The notes under the pieces: model-generated | What the model was told of the DNA's origin: nothing | Seen by the model: only the letters and a program-made list of their open reading frames with translations | Database searches by the model: none | Shown: positions 49,542-59,343 of the stretch, piece after piece | Numbering within the stretch: position 1 is the stretch's first letter | How the letters are laid out: each line of letters begins with the position of its first letter | Assembly: GCA_023663085.1 (NCBI GenBank) | Contig: JAMPIB010000001.1 | Span: forward strand, 32,046-96,045 | Reading direction: 5' to 3' | From: Ruminococcus sp. | Lineage (GTDB): Bacteria; Bacillota; Clostridia; Lachnospirales; Lachnospiraceae | Length of the DNA stretch: 64,000 bases | Position numbers and translations under genes: made by a program

Positions 49542-50330
49542 ATGCCACAGAAGAAAAAAGTAATAGCGACAGTTGTGTCACAAAAAGAAATTGCGGAGCA
49601 GATATTTGATCTATGGCTGGAGACAGAACTGGCTCTGGACGCACATCCGGGACAGTTTGCGGCCATTTATCCGCACAGCGCGGCGACGCTCCTGCCGAGG
49701 CCGATCAGTATCTGTGAGACAGATAAAGAAAAGAAAAGGCTGCGTTTTGTATACCGCGTCGCCGGAACGGGGACGAAAGAATTTTCTTCTTACCGGGCGG
49801 GCGATGAAGTATCGCTTCTCGGCGTTTTAGGCAACGGATTCCCACTCGAAGCGGCGGCAGGGAAACGTGTCTTTTTAATGGGGGGCGGTATCGGTATCCC
49901 GCCGATGTTACAGCTGGCCAAAGAACTGACTAAAGAAGTAACAGGAGAAAAGAAGATCATTGCCGGATACCGGAACAGCGACCTGTTTTTACAGGAAGAC
50001 CTGGAAAAATACGGGGAACTTTATATTGCGACGGAAGATGGCAGTATAGGAACGAAAGGTAACGTTCTGGACGCCGTGCGTGAAAATGATTTACATGCCG
50101 ATATCATCATGGCCTGCGGCCCGCTGCCGATGTTACGTGCAGTAAAAAAATATGCCGTCCAAAATGATATGAAAGCATATTTATCGTTAGAGGAACGGAT
50201 GGCCTGCGGAGTAGGCGCCTGCTTAGGGTGCGTCTGTAAAACAAAGGAAGTGGACAGCCATTCGCACGTGCATAACGCGCGTATCTGTACGGATGGCCCG
50301 GTATTTGAAGCAAATGAGGTGGATATCTGA
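49542..50330 (+). CDS. pyrK: Dihydroorotate dehydrogenase electron-transfer subunit
   Basis: An FAD/NAD-binding fold and a C-terminal [2Fe-2S] Cys cluster (CGVGACLGC). Its stop overlaps the pyrD start. Confidence 0.85.
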   Translation: MPQKKKVIATVVSQKEIAEQIFDLWLETELALDAHPGQFAAIYPHSAATLLPRPISICETDKEKKRLRFVYRVAGTGTKEFSSYRAGDEVSLLGVLGNGFPLEAAAGKRVFLMGGGIGIPPMLQLAKELTKEVTGEKKIIAGYRNSDLFLQEDLEKYGELYIATEDGSIGTKGNVLDAVRENDLHADIIMACGPLPMLRAVKKYAVQNDMKAYLSLEERMACGVGACLGCVCKTKEVDSHSHVHNARICTDGPVFEANEVDI

Positions 50331-51232
50331 TGAATACGAAAGTTACGATTGCAGGAGTACCATTAAAAAATCCGGTCATGACGGCGTCGGGGACTTTTGG
50401 TTCCGGTATGGAATACAGTGAGTTCGTCGATTTGAGCAGATTGGGAGCCGTAGTGACCAAGGGCGTGGCCAACGTTCCCTGGCCGGGTAATCCGACGCCG
50501 CGCGTGGCGGAAGTGTACGGCGGGATGCTCAATGCTATTGGCTTGCAGAATCCGGGTATTGACGTGTTTATCGAGCGGGATATTCCTTTTCTCCAAAAAT
50601 ATGATACCAGGATCATCGTCAACGTCTGTGGCAAGAGCGCGGAGGATTATCTGGAAGTGGTGGAAAGGCTGAAAGATCAGCCGGTGGATATGCTGGAGAT
50701 CAATGTTTCCTGTCCGAATGTCAAGGAAGGCGCTATCGCTTTTGGACAGAAGGCGGATGCTCTTTATGATATCACTTCCCGTATCAAGCGTGTGGCGAAA
50801 CAGCCGGTCATCATGAAGCTGACGCCCAATGTGACGGATATCGCAGAAATGGCCCGCGCGGCAGAAGCGGCAGGGGCGGATGCCATATCGCTCATCAATA
50901 CCATTACGGGAATGAAAATAGATATTCACCGCAGGAAATTTGTGCTGGCCAATAAGACGGGCGGCCTTTCGGGGCCTGCTATCAAACCGATGGCCGTCAG
51001 AATGGTATATCAGGCGGCACAGGCTGTGAAAATCCCGGTTATCGGCATGGGAGGTATCGCGACGGCGGAGGATGCGGTCGAGTTCCTTTTAGCGGGAGCT
51101 TCGGCTGTGGCGGTGGGTGCGATGAATTTCGTCAATCCTTATGCGACGGTGGAGATCGCAGCGGGGATCGAGGATTATATGAGACAGCATAACGTAGAAG
51201 ATGTGCAGGAACTGATCGGAGCGGTCGAGTAG
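50330..51232 (+). CDS. pyrD: Dihydroorotate dehydrogenase 1B catalytic subunit
   Basis: A class 1B DHODH TIM-barrel (GSGMEYS; NVSCPN; GLSG). Confidence 0.9.
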   Translation: MNTKVTIAGVPLKNPVMTASGTFGSGMEYSEFVDLSRLGAVVTKGVANVPWPGNPTPRVAEVYGGMLNAIGLQNPGIDVFIERDIPFLQKYDTRIIVNVCGKSAEDYLEVVERLKDQPVDMLEINVSCPNVKEGAIAFGQKADALYDITSRIKRVAKQPVIMKLTPNVTDIAEMARAAEAAGADAISLINTITGMKIDIHRRKFVLANKTGGLSGPAIKPMAVRMVYQAAQAVKIPVIGMGGIATAEDAVEFLLAGASAVAVGAMNFVNPYATVEIAAGIEDYMRQHNVEDVQELIGAVE

Positions 51233-51388
51233 CGGCGGCAGTATTCTGCGGGCCGTGAAGTGTACACAGGCAGAAGGCGGCCAGCGGATAAGAGGCAGCC
51301 AGCGGGACAGGAGACAGAAATCGCACAGAGTCATATATCGCCTTCATGCGGCATACAATACAATAAGTATACGCATGGAGGTATTTTT

Positions 51389-52945
51389 GTGGAATTAGTG
51401 AAAAAAAAGATACATATGGACCGCATCGCCAACAAGGCCGGCACGCAGATGGTGCTTGAGGAGGATGTAAATATATCGGATAACAGACCGGATGCCAGTC
51501 ATCTGATCTCGGTCAAAGGCGATGTCATCATGGATGAGATCCGTGTAAATGACGACCGTGTCAGTTTAAAGGGCAGGTTGCAGGTGCAGGTGTTGTATCT
51601 GACGGAAGAGGAAGGGATGTGCGCAGGGATGGAGGCGCAGCTTCCGTTTGAGGAAAAAGTCAATATGGAAGGCGTTCATAACGGAGATTCCATCATTCCA
51701 TCCTGGACGATAGAAGATCTGACGGTAGGACTTATCAATTCCAGAAAGATGAGCGTACAGGCAATGATCTCTTTTACCCTGGAAATGGAGGAAAAGATCG
51801 AGCAGGAGGCAGCTGTCGATATCTATCATGAAGAACCGGTAGAGTACCGCAAACAGGTCTATCCGCTTCTGCAAATGGCAGTTAATAAAAAAGATATTTT
51901 CCGGATCAAAGAAGAAATGGAACTGCCTTCCAATATGCCGAACGCTTTTCAGCTTATCTGGAGCAGCATCACGCTCAATAAAGTGGAGTTCAAGGCTTTA
52001 GATGGGAAGATTGCCTTACAGGGTGAGATGAAGGCATTTTTCTTATACGAAGGGGAAGGCGACAACGACAGGACGCTCTGGTATGAGAATACGGTGCCTT
52101 TCAGCGGGATGATAGAGTGTCACGGCTGTATGGAGAATATGATACCGGATATCCGCTATACCACCTCACAGTGCAGCGTGGAGATCAAACCGGACTTCGA
52201 TGGCGAAGAAAGAGTCTTTTGTGTAGAGAATGTATTGGATCTGGAGATTCGTCTGTACGAAGAAGAGAATCTGGAAGTGCTTTCGGATATTTACGGCGTC
52301 GATAAGGAGATCGAGGCGGTGTCGGCGGAAGTTGCGTTAAAGCGTCTGCTTCTGCATGGCAGCGGCAAGTGCAAGATAGCGGAACATGCACGGATACAGG
52401 ATACGGAAATGCACATGTACCAGCTTCTGCATAATGAGGGAGAGATACGCATAGAGGAACAGGCGGTCATGGAGAACGGTATTTCTGTTACGGGGACATT
52501 GCAGGTCACGACAATTTATCTATGCACGAATGGACAAAACACCTTATATGCGACGAAGAGTGTTCTGCCTTTTACCCATTTCATTGACGTGCCGGATATG
52601 GAGGAAAACTGCGACTGTCACATTTACTGGAGTTTAGAGCAGCTTATCGTTACCATGTTAGACAGCGAAGAACTGGATATCAAAGCGGTGCTGGATTTCG
52701 ACGCCCTGCTTTTTACGACGAGAAAAACGAACCTGATCACGGATATCAAGGTGGAAGAACTGGATATGAATAAGATCAGCGAACTGCCCGGTATCGTCAT
52801 CTACATTGCGGGAAACGGCGATACGCTCTGGGATATCGGTAAGAAATACTATGTGCCGATCGCGCAGTTAAAGGAAGTCAACGAGCTTGTTTCGGAAGAG
52901 ATCAGGGCCGGAGATAAGATCCTGGTCGTAAAGGGAACCGCTTAA
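51389..52945 (+). CDS. SipL-like spore morphogenetic protein (tandem DUF3794/SPOCS domains plus a C-terminal LysM)
   Basis: Two repeated DUF3794-like segments and a C-terminal LysM motif (GDTLWDIGKKYYVPIAQLKEVN). The likely GTG start at 51389 lies 7 nt after GGAGG. Confidence 0.5.
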   Translation: MELVKKKIHMDRIANKAGTQMVLEEDVNISDNRPDASHLISVKGDVIMDEIRVNDDRVSLKGRLQVQVLYLTEEEGMCAGMEAQLPFEEKVNMEGVHNGDSIIPSWTIEDLTVGLINSRKMSVQAMISFTLEMEEKIEQEAAVDIYHEEPVEYRKQVYPLLQMAVNKKDIFRIKEEMELPSNMPNAFQLIWSSITLNKVEFKALDGKIALQGEMKAFFLYEGEGDNDRTLWYENTVPFSGMIECHGCMENMIPDIRYTTSQCSVEIKPDFDGEERVFCVENVLDLEIRLYEEENLEVLSDIYGVDKEIEAVSAEVALKRLLLHGSGKCKIAEHARIQDTEMHMYQLLHNEGEIRIEEQAVMENGISVTGTLQVTTIYLCTNGQNTLYATKSVLPFTHFIDVPDMEENCDCHIYWSLEQLIVTMLDSEELDIKAVLDFDALLFTTRKTNLITDIKVEELDMNKISELPGIVIYIAGNGDTLWDIGKKYYVPIAQLKEVNELVSEEIRAGDKILVVKGTA

Positions 52946-53144
52946 AATAATAGTAAAACGGCATGAAAATACCATAAGCATCACAGGCCGGCCGGGAATC
53001 CTCTTAAGCGGATTCCTATCCGGTTTTGCCAAATAATTTACAATTACAAAAATATGTGGTATTATGTATCAGTATAAGACTATATATTTGAGAACAGGCA
53101 AAAAACAGACAGGCAGTTTGGAAAACTGTCTGAAGGGGGACAAT

Positions 53145-53903
53145 ATGAAACGCAAAGGGCACAAGCATAAGGAATCCTTTTCCATACTGTTTATTTCCCA
53201 TGCGGGACAGCGTAACAGACAGTTTAATATTTCACGGACGGCAGGCCGGGTTATTCTTTGTCTGGCGATCATTTTATTGATCGTTCTTGGCACGGGAACG
53301 GGACTGTTTGGCTGGCTGGTCTATGGCGGCGCGGTGTCGGGGAGCAGTCAGAAGGACTTGCAGGCGCAGATCGACGCGCAGCAACAGCAGATCGTGCAGC
53401 TGGAATCGGAGAAGGATGATCTGAGTAGTGAAAAGGCCGCGCTGGAACAGGAAGTCGCAGCCTTACAGCAGAGCAATGAAATGCAGGCGGCGGAGCAGGC
53501 AGAGGCAGAAGCGCCGGAAGAGACCACCTCTGATGACGATATTCCCAGACGTTATCCGTCTCCGAAGACAAGCGTGGTCATTTCTTCTTTTTCCGAGGAA
53601 GAACCTTATCTGGCGATCGGGCTGCATGAGGAAGGAAACATAGTCGCAACCGGAAATGGAACCGTTATTTCGGTCTCTTCGGATGATACTTATCCGGTCA
53701 TTATAGAGATAGAACATGATAAAGGGTATAAGACCCGTTACATGTGCCGTCATGAAGCGGAGGTACAGACTGCCGAAGGCGCACAGGTAGAAGCGGGCGA
53801 TACCTTATTTACGATCACTGTAGAGGATTCACAAGTGGACTATCAGATCCTTTTTGAAGGAGAACCGATAGATCCGCTTACGGTCATTGAGGCCAAAGGA
53901 TAA
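53145..53903 (+). CDS. EnvC-like membrane protein: TM, coiled-coil and a degenerate M23/LytM domain
   Basis: A TM segment, a Gln-rich coiled coil (QAQIDAQQQQIVQLESEKDDL...) and a C-terminal LytM fold missing the HxH catalytic motif. The start is taken at the ATG at 53145. Confidence 0.55.
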   Translation: MKRKGHKHKESFSILFISHAGQRNRQFNISRTAGRVILCLAIILLIVLGTGTGLFGWLVYGGAVSGSSQKDLQAQIDAQQQQIVQLESEKDDLSSEKAALEQEVAALQQSNEMQAAEQAEAEAPEETTSDDDIPRRYPSPKTSVVISSFSEEEPYLAIGLHEEGNIVATGNGTVISVSSDDTYPVIIEIEHDKGYKTRYMCRHEAEVQTAEGAQVEAGDTLFTITVEDSQVDYQILFEGEPIDPLTVIEAKG

Positions 53904-53918
53904 AGGGAGGAAGAGGGA

Positions 53919-54395
53919 ATGATGAGTAAAAACAAAAACACCACAGTGGATACGAAAGCCAGAATCGGTACCATAATCGGTAAGGGCGCCGTTTTTAATG
54001 GCAATCTGTCGGATCCGCAGTCTGTCCGTCTGGACGGTACGTTGAACGGAAACTGTGAATGCAAGGGAATGACGATAGTCGGCGTGGATGGACAGATCAA
54101 TGGAGACATCATAACGCAGAATATGGTCGTTGCCGGTAAGATTGAGGGCGATATCATTGCCGAAGGCAAGCTGGAACTGCTTTCTACTGCCAAAATGACA
54201 GGCAATATCACGGCCAAATCGCTTGTGATCGACGAAAACGCATGTTTCGATGGCCGATGCAGTATGACGTCGCCTGATGCGGCTTCTGCAAAAGACAACA
54301 GGAATAACAAAAACGAAACGACCGCTGAATCCGGAAAAGAAAACCAGAATACAACGGCCGCCGAGTCAGATCAAAAGAACAGATCCCGTTATTAA
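53919..54395 (+). CDS. Bactofilin (DUF583 polymer-forming cytoskeletal protein)
   Basis: The repetitive beta-helix pattern of bactofilins (GAVFNGNL, GTLNGN, GVDGQINGDI, GKIEGDI) and a disordered C-terminal tail. Confidence 0.7.
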   Translation: MMSKNKNTTVDTKARIGTIIGKGAVFNGNLSDPQSVRLDGTLNGNCECKGMTIVGVDGQINGDIITQNMVVAGKIEGDIIAEGKLELLSTAKMTGNITAKSLVIDENACFDGRCSMTSPDAASAKDNRNNKNETTAESGKENQNTTAAESDQKNRSRY

Positions 54396-54409
54396 ATCAC
54401 TTATGAAAT

Positions 54410-56755
54410 TTATGCTTCGGGCTTAATTTCCATTCGGACAGCGGAGGGAGTGAGAACTGTATCATTCCCTTCCGTCCGGATCGAAGCGCCTGTTGCTGAC
54501 ACGCCTGTCACATTGATAAGCCTGATGGTATATGTCTTAGAAGCATCCGCTTCAATGACGATCTCACCGTTTTTCTTCGTGGCGGAGATGGTAAGTTCTG
54601 CTTCGCCTTTCATGTTATAGACAACGCTTCTTGCAGTATTTCCTTCGCCAAGTGCATAAACTCTGACTTCTGCACCGTCGGCATAATCATAATCCGGTCT
54701 GTCGTCTTTGGCGCCGAGCGTGACGATGCTGTTTTCTTTTACCATCAACGGCAGATGCAGATAGTCATATTTTCGCTCCACCCATGTGCCGCCTTCCATA
54801 ACTTCTCCGGTGAAAAAGTCTGTCCAGGTTCCCTTCGGCAGATAAAAGATTCCTAAACTGTCTTCGTTAAAAATGGGAGCGACTAACAGGTTGTCGCCGA
54901 GCATGTACTGTTTGTCCAGATAATGACAACTGCGATCCTGTGTGAAGTCCAGGACCATACTGCGCATGGTCGGAACACCGGATCTGGATGTATCGATGGC
55001 AGTCTTATATAAATAAGGCATCAGAGAGGCTTTCAGTTTCGTAAAGGTTCTGACAACATCCACGGCTTCTTCATCATATACCCAGGGCACACGGTAGGAA
55101 CTGCTGCCATGCAGACGGCTGTGTGAAGAAAGCAGACCGAATGCAACCCAGCGTTTATAGACATCCGCGGTGGAAGTATTCTCAAAACCGCCGATATCGT
55201 GCGCCCAGAAACCGAAACCGGACATCATCAGGGACAGACCGCCGCGCAGACTCTCTTCCATGGATTCATAATCCGACCAGCAGTCGCCGCCCCAGTGTAC
55301 GGGGAATTTCTGGCCGCCGACCGTTGCGGAACGCGCGAACAGTACCGCTTCGCCTTTACCGCGTTTTCTCTCCAGAAGTTCATAAACCGTCTTATTATAC
55401 AGATAAGTATAATAATTGTGCATTTTCTCCGGATCGGAACCATCGTAGTAAACGCAGTTTACGGGGATGCGCTCGCCGAAATCCGTCTTGAAGGCGTCTA
55501 CGCCCATATCCAATAAAACTTCGAGTTTATCCTGATACCATTTGCAGGCCGCCGGGTTGGTGAAATCAACCAGAGCCATGCCGGGCTGCCACATATCCCA
55601 TTGCCATACGTCGCCGTTGGTACGTTTCAGAAAATAGCCTTTTTCCATGCCTTCCGCAAACATGGCCGATTCCTGACCGATATACGGATTGATCCAGACG
55701 CAGATATTCAGCCCCTTATCCTTGATACGCCGCAACAGGCCCGCAGGATCGGGAAATACTTCGTCGTCCCAGATAAAATTGCTCCAGTGAAAGGCTTTCA
55801 TCCAGAAGCAGTCAAAATGGAAAGTGCGCAACCCAATACCGCGGTCTAACATACCGTTGATGAAACTCATAACGGTCGCTTCATCATAATTGGTCGTAAA
55901 AGAAGTTGACAGCCACAGACCAAACGTCCAGGGCGCCGGGAGCGAGGGCTTGCCGGAGAGGTCTGTGTATCTGGTCAGGACTTCCTTCATAGTCGGCCCA
56001 TTGATAAAGAAGTAATCCAGACTGCCGCCTTTGACGCTGAAAGCTGTTTTGGTCACATTTTCCGTGGCAAATTCAAAAGAAACTCTTTCCGGGTGGTTTA
56101 CCAGAACGCCGTATCCCTTATTGGAAATGAAAAACGGGATATTTTTATAAGACTGCTCGGTGCTGGTGCCGCCGTCTTCATTATAGATTTCCACACTCTG
56201 GCCGTTCTTGACAAACGGTGTAAAATGCTCGCCCGTACCGTATAAGAGTTCCCCTACGCCGATACCGAGCTGCTGGCGCATATAAGTATCGTGCAGATCG
56301 CCATCCAGATCATAAAAGTCGCCTGTCCAGTTTTCTTTTATCATGGCCAGATCTTTGGGGCCGCTCTTCGTGATGACTTCGCCGTTTCGCATATAATTCA
56401 TATACCAGGTTTTTTTGCCGATCTCTAACGAAAGCGAGCCGCTGGTGATGACTATTTTATCCTCGGATTCTTCTACCTGCAAAGTCTGCGGGTCATCCAG
56501 AGAAAGCTCGAATGAAGGACTCTGGGGCATTCTGCCCATATAGTGGTCGGTCTGTACGCGGATGATATCGGGCATCGGAGAACTGATGCGGATCGTCAGG
56601 TTGGCCGCGCCTAAAGTATCGCCGCGGTCTTTGATGAGATGTGTCGGCGCGCATAAAGTAACTTCTTTTTCTTCCCGTTTGACATAGTAGACCTGCGCGG
56701 GAGAAAAGCAGCCGACACCCTCTTTCAGTAACCAGCAGCCATTGCTGAATTTCAT
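54410..56755 (-). CDS. GH31 alpha-xylosidase (YicI-like)
   Basis: The GH31 catalytic region (KTDFGERIP; WINP) and 781 aa, matching the YicI architecture. Confidence 0.8.
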   Translation of the reverse strand: MKFSNGCWLLKEGVGCFSPAQVYYVKREEKEVTLCAPTHLIKDRGDTLGAANLTIRISSPMPDIIRVQTDHYMGRMPQSPSFELSLDDPQTLQVEESEDKIVITSGSLSLEIGKKTWYMNYMRNGEVITKSGPKDLAMIKENWTGDFYDLDGDLHDTYMRQQLGIGVGELLYGTGEHFTPFVKNGQSVEIYNEDGGTSTEQSYKNIPFFISNKGYGVLVNHPERVSFEFATENVTKTAFSVKGGSLDYFFINGPTMKEVLTRYTDLSGKPSLPAPWTFGLWLSTSFTTNYDEATVMSFINGMLDRGIGLRTFHFDCFWMKAFHWSNFIWDDEVFPDPAGLLRRIKDKGLNICVWINPYIGQESAMFAEGMEKGYFLKRTNGDVWQWDMWQPGMALVDFTNPAACKWYQDKLEVLLDMGVDAFKTDFGERIPVNCVYYDGSDPEKMHNYYTYLYNKTVYELLERKRGKGEAVLFARSATVGGQKFPVHWGGDCWSDYESMEESLRGGLSLMMSGFGFWAHDIGGFENTSTADVYKRWVAFGLLSSHSRLHGSSSYRVPWVYDEEAVDVVRTFTKLKASLMPYLYKTAIDTSRSGVPTMRSMVLDFTQDRSCHYLDKQYMLGDNLLVAPIFNEDSLGIFYLPKGTWTDFFTGEVMEGGTWVERKYDYLHLPLMVKENSIVTLGAKDDRPDYDYADGAEVRVYALGEGNTARSVVYNMKGEAELTISATKKNGEIVIEADASKTYTIRLINVTGVSATGASIRTEGNDTVLTPSAVRMEIKPEA

Positions 56756-56867
56756 AGTAACCTCCGTTCCGGGAACAGCAGTCGTAAGAAAAATGATGTT
56801 CCCTCTGTTAAATTTTTTGATTTTATATTATTATAAAGCTAAATCATGAGAAAGGACAGTCTATTTT

Positions 56868-59306
56868 TTGAAAATGAGGGTGGAAAATTACGAATACCGT
56901 AATCTGCCGATACCGGGCGGCGGTTACGTGACAGGATTTATTTATCATGAAAAAAAGCCGGGCGTATTTTATATCAGGACGGATATCGGCGGCAGTTATC
57001 GCTTTGATATGGAAAAAGAGCGCTGGATCAGTCTGATAGACCATGTGACAATGGAGGATATCAGCGAGACTTTCCCGATCGCGCTGGCGCTGGACGATAC
57101 CCATCCGCAAAGGCTCTATATCGCCTGCGGCATCAATAAAGAGGCTTCCGGCGTGCTGGCGGTTTCGGAGGACTATGGAGAACATTTTATCTATCATAAG
57201 ATTCCGGTGCTGGTGCATGGCAATTTAAACGGCAGAGGAACCGGGTACAGACTGCTTGTTGATAAAAAGGACAGCGACAGGCTCTTTTTTGCCAGTCAGC
57301 AGGAAGGGCTGTGGATGAGCCCTGACAGAGGCATACATTGGGAGAAAAAAGAGGCTTTCCCGGACACACATATGACTTTTGCGGGCCAGAGTAAGGATGG
57401 CGCTGTGTTATTCGCCGCCTGCGCGGGCGTGGCGACGAAACGCGGCGAACATCTGCGCGGACACAGTCTGTATGTTTCTTATGATGACGGCGCGCATTTT
57501 AAGCCCCTCTGGCAGCCGCAGGATAGTGAGATCGAGGGCGTCAGACTGGCCGGACTGGTGGCGCAGCGCTACGCTGTGGATGACAGCTATTTATATGTGA
57601 CTTTTTCCGTTATGGGCAGAAACGCCTATGTCCTGGAAAACGGTTACAGCTGTGACGGCGGGAGTGTAATAGGCGGCAGGGTCGTCAGATATCCGTGGCT
57701 GGTAACAGAAGATGGCACGCGGCTTGGAGCGGGAGAAGAATTGTTCCCGCAGACAGCGGCACAGAAAGCCGGGACAGATCTGGCCGGGCAGCCCGGAGGG
57801 ATTGCGGCACAGAAGTCCATGGAACTGGAATACGGTTTCGGCGGCATTGCGGTGGCCGCATCCAGACCGGGTCTTTTGATCTGCTCGACGATCTGTAAAG
57901 ATGACGGCGACTGTATTTTTCGTTCGTTTGATCACGGGGAGCACTGGGAAGTCATTTTATACGACTTGGAAGTCGGACGCATGGCATTTCGTACTTCTTA
58001 TATGAAACCCTGTTATAACGGCGGGCATTCGTTAATTCACTGGCTGACAGATTTAAAGATCAATCCCTTTGAGGAGAACGAGGCGTGGTTTAATACCGGA
58101 ACAGGCGTGTTCCGTACAAAAAACCTCACGGAGACGGAAGTCGTATTCAGCGATCACTGCGATGGACTGGAAGAGACCGTACATCTGAATCTTTACAGCC
58201 CGCCGAAGGGCGATGTGCAGTTGATCGACATATTGGGCGATCTGGGCGGTTTTGCATTCAGCGACCTTGATAAGCCGTGCGATAATTCTTTTGCGGATGC
58301 GGAGGGCAACCGTTATATCACCTGCATCAATGCCGACTATTCAGATAAAAATCCGGATTTTGTGGCCGTTACGCCAAGAGGCAACTGGACGGGGAAGACC
58401 AGAGGCGGACTGATCGTCTCCAAAGACCAGTGCCGTACTTTCACCAGACTGCCGATGCCTTTCGGGATCACGGAGAAACTGGATGTGGCCTTACATAATA
58501 TGGAAACGCCCAATGTCAACAGCGGCTGGGTGGCTGTTTCGCCGGACTGTCAGAACCTTGTCTGGTCGGTGGCTGAGGGAATCAGCCTGCCGGTCGATAT
58601 GGTCATCGCAAGTCAGGATGGCGGCGCCAGTTTCACGCAGGCCAAGGTCTATGACCTGTCGGGTGAAATCGTAAACAGCGGCGGCATGAAAGTCTTCTCC
58701 GACCGTGTGGAGAGCAGTATCTTCTATGGTTTCGGCGAGCGTTCGCAGTTCTATGTCAGCCGTGACGGCGGCCGGACGTTCAGACAGAAGATGCTGCGGG
58801 TGAGCGGTGTGCAGATGGGGATACAGAATGGAATACAGGATGGAGCGGACGATAACTGTCCGGATTTCCCGCAGGTTGAGTTTTCCCTGATCGACTGCGC
58901 CAATAAGACCGAAGTGCGCGGCGAAAGCGGCAGGCAGGGCGTTTTCTATATGGCGCTCGGCACACACGGCCTTTGGAAACTGTATTATGACATGATAAAA
59001 GATGACACGAGTGTCACCAAACTCAGTAAGAAAGATGACGTCTTCTACCGCCTCGGACTCGGCGTTCTTTGTCCGAATGGAGATTATTATCATGAAGCCA
59101 AGGCCATTTACACTTCGGCGGTCATAGATGGTGAATACGGCTTTTACCGTTCCACAGACGACGGCGCATCTTTTACCAGACTGAACACAGAGAAACAGAT
59201 GTATGGCGAGATCAACAGCATAGAGGGCGACAGCAGAGTATACGGCAGATTTTATCTGGCCACCGGAAGCCGCGGCGTATTATATGGACAGCCGTGTGAG
59301 GCGTAG
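56868..59306 (+). CDS. GH74-family xyloglucan hydrolase (tandem 7-bladed beta-propellers), no signal peptide
   Basis: The N-terminal GGGYVTGFIYHEKKPGVFYIRTDIGGSYRFD matches the GH74 propeller start. The ~810-aa length and recurring BNR-like SxDxGxxW segments also fit. Confidence 0.65.
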   Translation: MKMRVENYEYRNLPIPGGGYVTGFIYHEKKPGVFYIRTDIGGSYRFDMEKERWISLIDHVTMEDISETFPIALALDDTHPQRLYIACGINKEASGVLAVSEDYGEHFIYHKIPVLVHGNLNGRGTGYRLLVDKKDSDRLFFASQQEGLWMSPDRGIHWEKKEAFPDTHMTFAGQSKDGAVLFAACAGVATKRGEHLRGHSLYVSYDDGAHFKPLWQPQDSEIEGVRLAGLVAQRYAVDDSYLYVTFSVMGRNAYVLENGYSCDGGSVIGGRVVRYPWLVTEDGTRLGAGEELFPQTAAQKAGTDLAGQPGGIAAQKSMELEYGFGGIAVAASRPGLLICSTICKDDGDCIFRSFDHGEHWEVILYDLEVGRMAFRTSYMKPCYNGGHSLIHWLTDLKINPFEENEAWFNTGTGVFRTKNLTETEVVFSDHCDGLEETVHLNLYSPPKGDVQLIDILGDLGGFAFSDLDKPCDNSFADAEGNRYITCINADYSDKNPDFVAVTPRGNWTGKTRGGLIVSKDQCRTFTRLPMPFGITEKLDVALHNMETPNVNSGWVAVSPDCQNLVWSVAEGISLPVDMVIASQDGGASFTQAKVYDLSGEIVNSGGMKVFSDRVESSIFYGFGERSQFYVSRDGGRTFRQKMLRVSGVQMGIQNGIQDGADDNCPDFPQVEFSLIDCANKTEVRGESGRQGVFYMALGTHGLWKLYYDMIKDDTSVTKLSKKDDVFYRLGLGVLCPNGDYYHEAKAIYTSAVIDGEYGFYRSTDDGASFTRLNTEKQMYGEINSIEGDSRVYGRFYLATGSRGVLYGQPCEA

Positions 59307-59343
59307 GAGCGGCCCCGCAACATGAAGAAAGAGAGGATAGAAT

